A stretch of DNA of 64,000 nt from a bacterium (GTDB lineage: Bacteria > Desulfobacterota > DSWW01), in contig JBFLZG010000081.1 of assembly GCA_040756235.1 (NCBI GenBank), positions 8,018 to 72,017 on the forward strand, read 5' to 3'. The notes beneath the pieces are model-generated. The model was given only the letters and a program-made list of their open reading frames with translations. It made no database searches and was not told where the DNA came from. Below are positions 58,083-64,000 of the stretch, piece by piece (positions within the stretch are counted from its first letter, which is position 1; each line of letters starts with the position of its first letter). A program made the position numbers and the translations under genes.

Positions 58083-58372
58083 TTTTGAAAGTCCAAAAGA
58101 TCAACGAACAATCATTGGATGAATGGGGAATCTTAGGCGATGTCGCCATGTATCACCTTGTTCTCCATCCTGTCAATGGCAGGATTCAGATGTACTATCT
58201 GGAATTCCGCGAAGCACCTTTGTGATGGGAAAAGCAATATGTAGGATCGCTTCTATGGATATGCGGCAAAAAGGGTTGGGCACCGCTTGCCAGCGCTGAA
58301 AGCGCCCGTCAGATGGCTTGCGACCCGACAACCTCTAGAGTACGCAGATGGACGGCGAAGCTGTAGGATTGC

Positions 58373-58777
58373 TCACTTTGACTGAACGAGTTTCATTACC
58401 CGCTGCTTCCTCCAAAGGACCTCTAAAACGATGGGCCGTAGGTCACGTTCAGAGACCACGTCGTTTCCTCTGGAAGAGAGGGGCAGAAATAGAACTTCCT
58501 CCTGGATATCCGGCGCCAGGTTCAGCAGGTTCATGATCTGCGTGATCCGGGCACGGCTCACGTGTCCGAGACGTGCAAGATCCGCGTAGTCGCGAACCTC
58601 GCAGCTCCGGACAAGCTCATCCATCCGAATCGCCAGTGCCATGAGGCGGGCGATGCGGGGGATCCTGCCCGTCGGCCGATCGGGCTTTTGCTCCGGTTTC
58701 CTTCTTCGGATGACCTTCCTGCCTCGCCTTCCCTTCTGGAAGCGGATCTGGCATTCCACCGTCAGTCCCTGAGTCAT
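58373..58777 (-). CDS. recombinase-associated HTH protein
   Basis: RIARLMALA...DYADLARLGHVSRARITQIMNLLNLAPDIQE; ATGA overlap with the recombinase. Confidence 0.75.
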   Translation of the reverse strand: MTQGLTVECQIRFQKGRRGRKVIRRRKPEQKPDRPTGRIPRIARLMALAIRMDELVRSCEVRDYADLARLGHVSRARITQIMNLLNLAPDIQEEVLFLPLSSRGNDVVSERDLRPIVLEVLWRKQRVMKLVQSK

Positions 58778-60272
58778 TCGCTTGCCTCCTCTCCGATACT
58801 CGCCTCCTGCGCGAGGATTTTGACCCCGGCGGGCCTGAAGGTGATGGCGAGCGTCTCCTTCCCTCCGTCGTAACCGACCCGCTCGACCAAGAGCCTGATC
58901 AGCCTCGTTTGCTCCCTCGGTGAAAGGGCATCCCATACTGGCTCGAAGGACTTGAGGGCGGAGACGAACTCGGCCTCCTCCACCTTCCTGCGGCTTGCCT
59001 TGATCATCTCTTCCTGGATTTCCGTGACCCTCTGCTCGGCTGCCCGGATTCGATCCTGGAGGGTAGCAAGCCTGTCGAGATCGCCGTTGAGGTCACCCTG
59101 CTCAAGCATGCGTCGGACTTGACCGTTGAGCCGGGTGAGCTCATGTTCGAGCCCCTTCCGTTCGCTCAGCAGCCCTTGCCTCTGCTTCGCCTCTTGCAAC
59201 CGAACCTGGCTGAGGACCTTCGCGACCAGACCGGGGTCGCGGCCGATGGCACGGATCCGGTCGACCACGAACCTCTCGATCTCGTTCGCCGGGATCGACT
59301 TGTTCGGACAGGTATCCCACCCTTGCTTCTGCGCCTTGGTGCAGACGTAGTACCGGTATCGCTTGTTGGGCCTCTTTACGGTGTACGCATGGGTCATGGC
59401 GGCCTCGCAGGGGACACAATGCAGGAGCCCTCTGAGCAGGGCCCCGTACTTGTTCCTCACGTCCTTCCCGCCGTTTCTGCCGTTCCTCCGCAGGACCTCC
59501 TGGGCGCGGCGCCAGACCTCTCGTCAACAATGGCTTCGTGCTCCCCGTCGTAGATCTTCCCCTTGTGCCTGACCTTGCCCAGGTAGATCACGTTGGCCAG
59601 CAGGTCGCGCAGGTTCCCCTTGTGGAACGGCGACCCTTCCCTTCTGTTGCCTTCCTTCGTGACCCACGCCTTTGTGGTCCACCCCCGGCTGTTGATCTCC
59701 TTGGCGGCTTCCGTCAGGGATTCGCACTTGAGATACGTCTCGTAGATCGCCTTGACCCTGGACGCCTCGAGCTCGTTCACGATGAGCTTCCCACCCTGCG
59801 GGTCGACGTCGTACCCGAGGACGGGCATCCCTCCGGTCCATTTCCCCTTTCGCCTTGCCGCGGACATCTTGTCCCTCGTGCGCTCCGCGATGATCTCCCG
59901 CTCAAACTGGGCAAAGGAGAGAAGAACGTTGAGCGTTAACCGGCCCATGGAGTGAGCCGTATTGAACTGCTGGGTGACGGAGACGAAGGAGACCTTGTGG
60001 CGTTCGAGGACCTCCATGATGCGGGCAAAGTCCAGGAGAGAGCGGCTCAGCCTGTCGACCTTGTAAACGATGAGGCAGTCGACGCTGCCGACCTCGATAT
60101 CGGCAAGCAGGCGCTTCAATGCAGGGCGCTCCATGTTCCCACCGGAGAAGCCGCCGTCATCGTACCGATCCGGCAGACACATCCACCCTTCGTGCTTCTG
60201 GCTGGCTATGTACGACTCTGCCGCCTCCCTTTGCGCGTCCAGGGAGTTGAAGTCCATGTTCAAGCCCTCAGT
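58774..60272 (-). pseudogene. large serine recombinase, N-terminally truncated and frameshifted
   Basis: FNSLDAQRE, YDDGGFSG, RPAL, VDRLSR, FAQFERE; 1-nt shift near 59520 (DE/EVWRRAQ); C-terminal CxxC Zn ribbon and coiled coil; YxRxS absent. Confidence 0.85.
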
Positions 60273-61129
60273 CCTTCATTCGAGAGCACTCTGATGAGCA
60301 CCTGTCCTGCCAATACCTCGGCCTGGTAGGTCCTGAATTCAGCGTGCTCATGACGACTCCTAGGCGGTAAATGACTCAGGACCTCCTCCCAGTCATTCAA
60401 GTGTTCCACACAACTACGAAGGTCGTAGATTTCCTCGAGGGTGCTTCTTGAAGATCCGGAATTCTTGATTAACGTCTGAGAGCGACTCACGAACTTCCTT
60501 CTAGTCTCGCCCCTCGGAGGGTGCAAGATGGATTCAATTGCACGCACGAACTGGTGTAGCCGGTTGTCACCCTCAGACTCAATGATCGCTTGGACCCACG
60601 CGTGCACTCCGCGTCTCAAGCGGCCGAAGCGCTCAGTATTCGCATAGATGTTCAAGAGGCCCTCCAGAACACGTCGGATGGATAGCAGCGATTCCGCCTT
60701 TGTTTCGGGAGGGACCACCCGATTCATCGTGCAGAAGGTCGGCAGCGTGCCGATGCTCCGCACTCTCGGTTCCCCATTCTCGTTGTCCCCAGTCAGTATT
60801 AGGCCATGTTCGCATGGCTGGATTCCGTGCAAGAAGATAGCGTTGAGTAACCTATGCGCGAGGGTCGTCAATGTCTCGTTTTCTTCATCCAGGAACTTCA
60901 AAGTCTCTGATTTTCTCCTGGCGAGGATCACGAATTCGCTTTGTCGGAGGCGATCAATTTGAAGGGAACCGAGCCATTCCTCCCAATGAGGCTCCATGTT
61001 GAAAGGAAAAGAGAAGTGGATTCAAAGGTCATCCCGTATGCAGATGGGCCCCTCTGGCAGGGTGTGGCTAAGACTTTCGAGTGCGATGCAGCCGAATTTC
61101 TCTCCCTTCAAGACTAGCTCTTCCATCAT
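60260..61129 (-). pseudogene. ApeA-like HEPN protein interrupted by an in-frame TGA
   Basis: ATG 61129 in frame, TGA at 61024-61022, then MEPHW...; C-terminal IYDLRSCVEH (RxxxxH). Confidence 0.6.
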
Positions 61130-61156
61130 GTGTCCCTCGCCTCGGTCTGGCCGACC

Positions 61157-61672
61157 CTAAGGCCGCATGCTCCTCCTCCACTCCCACGGCGGCACCGGGT
61201 GCTTGTCCCGCCATAGCCCACGTCCTTCGCCCCGTGCCTCATCTTCCAGGCTCCTCCACTCCAGGCACATGGGGTTCTTGCAGTAGCGATCATAGACCCA
61301 GGCGAACCCGGCCCGGACGATCTCCGCGTTGACGATCTTCCCGTTCTCGAGCCTGACGATCCCCACGGTCCTTCCGTACTGGTCGATATCGACCGGCTCC
61401 ACGTCGACTGACTTCCCGAACACGAGGTCGGCGGTGAGCTGTTTCGCACGGCTTCCGAATGCCTGTCTCTTCTCCGGGCAGTCGATCCCGTAGAGCCGGA
61501 CCTTGATCGGCGTCTTCTCGTTGAGGACCGTGATCGTGTCGCCGTCGGAGACGCCCACGACCTTTCCTTGCCAGGTGGATGGAGCAAGGGGCAGAACGAG
61601 GAGGAACATGAACGCCGGCAAGAGCCGGCGCATGGAGAAGAAGGACCTGCGAGCATGGGTAACCGGCCCCAT
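61157..61672 (-). CDS. exported thermonuclease (SNase family)
   Basis: VSDGDTI, RLYGIDCPE, DQYGR, GLW...PPWEWR. Confidence 0.9.
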   Translation of the reverse strand: MGPVTHARRSFFSMRRLLPAFMFLLVLPLAPSTWQGKVVGVSDGDTITVLNEKTPIKVRLYGIDCPEKRQAFGSRAKQLTADLVFGKSVDVEPVDIDQYGRTVGIVRLENGKIVNAEIVRAGFAWVYDRYCKNPMCLEWRSLEDEARGEGRGLWRDKHPVPPWEWRRSMRP

Positions 61673-61673
61673 C

Positions 61674-62228
61674 TCAATTGTGCCCCCGCTTCAACTCATC
61701 CATCAGAGCCAATTCCAAGGCTGTCCGAACATCCTGTGAGAAGTGGAACCCTGCGACAAGTTCATCCTTCTTGACCTTAGAGAGAACAACCTTGAGACTT
61801 TCCCCCTCGCTCAATCCCTCCTTTGAGAGCCTCTCCAGCCAGGAGTCAACCGCATCCATCGCTGCCTGGAGTTCCTCCTCTACATGGGATTGTGCCTCAA
61901 GCACCTTGTACGCCGCATCACAGACCTCGTCCTCTTTGTCATAGGGGTCGTGTTCGTTGCAGAGACCGAAGAAAGTGCCTGTGGCCCCTCCCTTGGGATA
62001 CTCCGTGTAAGTCAGAATCTCGCTGGCGGTCATGAAAAGCCCCCAGCAGACCGCGGGCTTGCCGCACAGAAGGCACGTCGAGATTCGCGCGGCTTCAGGG
62101 GCGCCATCCCGGATTGCCCCCTCGCTCAGGATCTCGAGAGTCTCTCCGGGCTCAGAGAGCAGGATCCCGCCCTTTTCATAGACCCGGGACACTCGGCCGT
62201 CAATGATGTGGCGCTTTGGCGGTTTCAT
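61674..62228 (-). CDS. hypothetical protein with CxxC/CxxH motifs
   Basis: CLLCGKPA...GLCNEH. Confidence 0.5.
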   Translation of the reverse strand: MKPPKRHIIDGRVSRVYEKGGILLSEPGETLEILSEGAIRDGAPEAARISTCLLCGKPAVCWGLFMTASEILTYTEYPKGGATGTFFGLCNEHDPYDKEDEVCDAAYKVLEAQSHVEEELQAAMDAVDSWLERLSKEGLSEGESLKVVLSKVKKDELVAGFHFSQDVRTALELALMDELKRGHN

Positions 62229-62288
62229 CGTTCACCATGTCTAGTCACGACAGCCGCAGCCTGGAATTCACCAAACGATCGGAGAAAT

Positions 62289-62852
62289 TCAGCGCAAGCA
62301 TTCCCCTAATCGATCAAGGGAGACAAGGTAAACGGTCAAGAGAATTGGTATCACGAGGAATGTGAGCCATTGAAAAATAACATAGTAAACCTTAGCAGAC
62401 CTGCAGTATTTCGGATGGTAGTTATCAGTTTCAGATGGAAGCAGACACTCCTTTGGAGTACTTGTGATCCTTTCCGCAGAAATTGCGATCTTTTCACTGA
62501 TAATCGCCCCCAACCTGCGTATTTCCAGATCCTCCCTTTGGTAGTAGAGAAACGCCAGAATGGCACTGAGCCAAAGCGCAGATATCCGAGATACCAGAAA
62601 GCTTCCCGAGGCGTCTGCCCGGAAAACGAAAGCAAGCACCGCAAAATAAGCGAGCAGCACTGCTTTTTGAAGACTCGACCTCCTACCTATTTCAGCCTTG
62701 ATCGCGTTAAAGTCGGCCTTCAGAAAATCAAGGCTTTGCTTGTCCTTCTCACTGAGATCGCTCAATAGCGTTATCCTCCATAGGAAAGAGGCCCGGCAGG
62801 GGGACCACCAAGCGGCCAGCGAAACCAGGTGGGTGGCCTCCTCAGCATCCAT
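62289..62852 (-). CDS. low-GC multi-TM hypothetical protein
   Basis: three hydrophobic segments; start uncertain. Confidence 0.5.
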   Translation of the reverse strand: MDAEEATHLVSLAAWWSPCRASFLWRITLLSDLSEKDKQSLDFLKADFNAIKAEIGRRSSLQKAVLLAYFAVLAFVFRADASGSFLVSRISALWLSAILAFLYYQREDLEIRRLGAIISEKIAISAERITSTPKECLLPSETDNYHPKYCRSAKVYYVIFQWLTFLVIPILLTVYLVSLDRLGECLR

Positions 62853-63021
62853 TCAATCGCTTCTTGTACCTTATCACATCAGCCTCCCGGAACCGCCAGA
62901 ACCGTCCTACCTTGAACGCACGCAGAGTCCCTTTCCGAGCCATGTCGATCACGTCGTCAGGGCTGCGATCCAAGATGTGGGCTACCTCCTTCGACTTGAG
63001 ATCTCTTTCTTTGGCCTTCAT
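62842..63021 (-). CDS. excisionase-like HTH protein, copy 3 (absent from ORF track)
   Basis: MKAKERDLKSKEVAHILDRSPDDVIDMARKGTLRAFKVGRFWRFREADVIRYKKRLNGC; AGGAGG RBS. Confidence 0.8.
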   Translation of the reverse strand: MKAKERDLKSKEVAHILDRSPDDVIDMARKGTLRAFKVGRFWRFREADVIRYKKRLNGC

Positions 63022-63169
63022 GATCCAACCCTCCTCTGCTCACCAGCGCGGAACGTCCAGGCGACTTGTCGGATCCGGTCTGCTTCCCTTTTCAGCCGCA
63101 AATCCGAGTGATGCGGTTATCGATGACGATGCGGCGTTTGAGGAATTCCACTCAAAATTCCTGTCATGA

Positions 63170-63874
63170 GTAAGCTCCGGATCCAGAGATGATCGTGTCC
63201 TTTCGGCAAGCCTGCATGCATCGGTCTGAGGAGGTGGGGTAGGATCGGTCATCCTGAGCACGAGAGGGGGATGACCGATGATGCGATCCGATTCGGCTTT
63301 GAAGAAGTTGACGCTTGAGGATGTCCGGGAACGGTTCGAGGAGTGGCGGAGGAAGCGGAGGCGGCGGGCGGAACCGATTCCCGAGGAGCTTTGGGCAGCC
63401 GCGGTCAGACTCACCAAAGAGCATTCCGTAGTTCAGGTATCCAAGATCCTTCGACTCGATTACACCAAGCTGAAGAGGCGAGCCTCTCCGGAGGGCTCTC
63501 CCCGAGGGCCGAAGCTCGTCGAGGTGGATCTGTGCCCGCCGGAGACGCCTGCTGGACAGTGCTTTCTGGAGGTGGAGGAACCGCACGGCCGGAGGCTGAA
63601 GCTTGCCCTGAAGGGGAAGGTGGATCTGGACGTGCTGGCGGTGATCCGCAGCATGTGGGGCGAGGGGTCGTGATCCAGATCACTCCGCAGATGCGTATCC
63701 TGGTTGCGGTGGAGCCGGTCGATTTCCGCAAAGGGATCGACGGACTGGCGCGTGTCTGCCGGCAGGGGCTCTCCACGGATCCCTTCTCCGGGGTCGTTGT
63801 GGTGTTTCGCAACCGACGCGCGACCGCCTTGAAGGTCCTCGTGTACGACGGCCAGGGGTTCTGGCTCTGCCAAA
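63170..63874 (+). mobile_element. truncated IS66-family element
   Basis: GTAAG left end, tnpA-tnpB order, tnpC missing. Confidence 0.8.
63278..63673 (+). CDS. IS66 accessory protein TnpA-like
   Basis: RFEEWR...IPEELWAAAV...LRLDYTKLK; GTGA overlap with tnpB. Confidence 0.75.
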   Translation: MMRSDSALKKLTLEDVRERFEEWRRKRRRRAEPIPEELWAAAVRLTKEHSVVQVSKILRLDYTKLKRRASPEGSPRGPKLVEVDLCPPETPAGQCFLEVEEPHGRRLKLALKGKVDLDVLAVIRSMWGEGS

Positions 63875-63924
63875 ACCATCTCTCTTCACACTACACCTCC
63901 TTCGATCTGATCCGAGGGTTTTGA
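63670..63924 (+). pseudogene. tnpB: IS66 TnpB, truncated
   Basis: PVDFRKGIDGL, FRNRR, YDGQGFWLCQ, then loses the expected KRL motif. Confidence 0.8.
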
Positions 63925-64000
63925 TTCCCTGGCTGTTCTGATGGCCGCCGCTCGATCGACGAGTCGGTTCCATCGGCTGCATTGTTTGATCGGCCGATTC

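Noticed and set aside
61022..61024. Selenocysteine or recoded TGA
   Set aside because: There is no redox motif context or evident SECIS hairpin, and other genes use TGA as stop; a nonsense mutation is simpler.
1..64000. CRISPR array, rRNA or tRNA genes
   Set aside because: No regularly spaced repeats or recognisable structural RNA genes were seen on reading the intergenic regions.

Overview
Bacterial chromosome window, high GC, with gene content typical of a Deltaproteobacteria-like (Desulfobacterota/Myxococcota-type) organism; the taxonomy is inferred. The left part (1-~26.3 kb) is mostly housekeeping and metabolic genes. It holds an NTPase, a TauE/SafE exporter, a sigma54-driven TSP3-repeat lipoprotein, rmlC, an ILVBL/HACL-like TPP enzyme near an acyl-CoA ligase and a formyltransferase, and a fluoride riboswitch upstream of a dynamin-like GTPase. 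It also holds an RHH-PIN toxin-antitoxin pair, copA/copZ, parE-(coaD::coaE fusion)-parC, a glutaredoxin and a 4Fe-4S protein. A truncated IS, a MEDS histidine kinase and a TPP riboswitch with thiC follow. From ~32 kb on there is an accessory island with visibly lower GC. Its first part is a 16-kb co-directional defence operon with a core of SNF2-DUF3883 helicase, DUF1156 methylase and DUF499 ATPase. Inserted in this core are YhcG, DUF4062-HATPase, PHP-ABC-ATPase and MNT-HEPN genes, plus a leftover duplicate of the helicase 3' end. The rest is a decaying mobile region: three paralogous excisionase-like HTH genes, a SLOG protein, two CLec-fold exported proteins sharing an 'FLMGQ' leader, a ClpP-fold protease, a broken large serine recombinase, a thermonuclease and a truncated IS66. 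No CRISPR array, rRNA or tRNA was seen. All family calls come from motif recognition by eye, not database searches.
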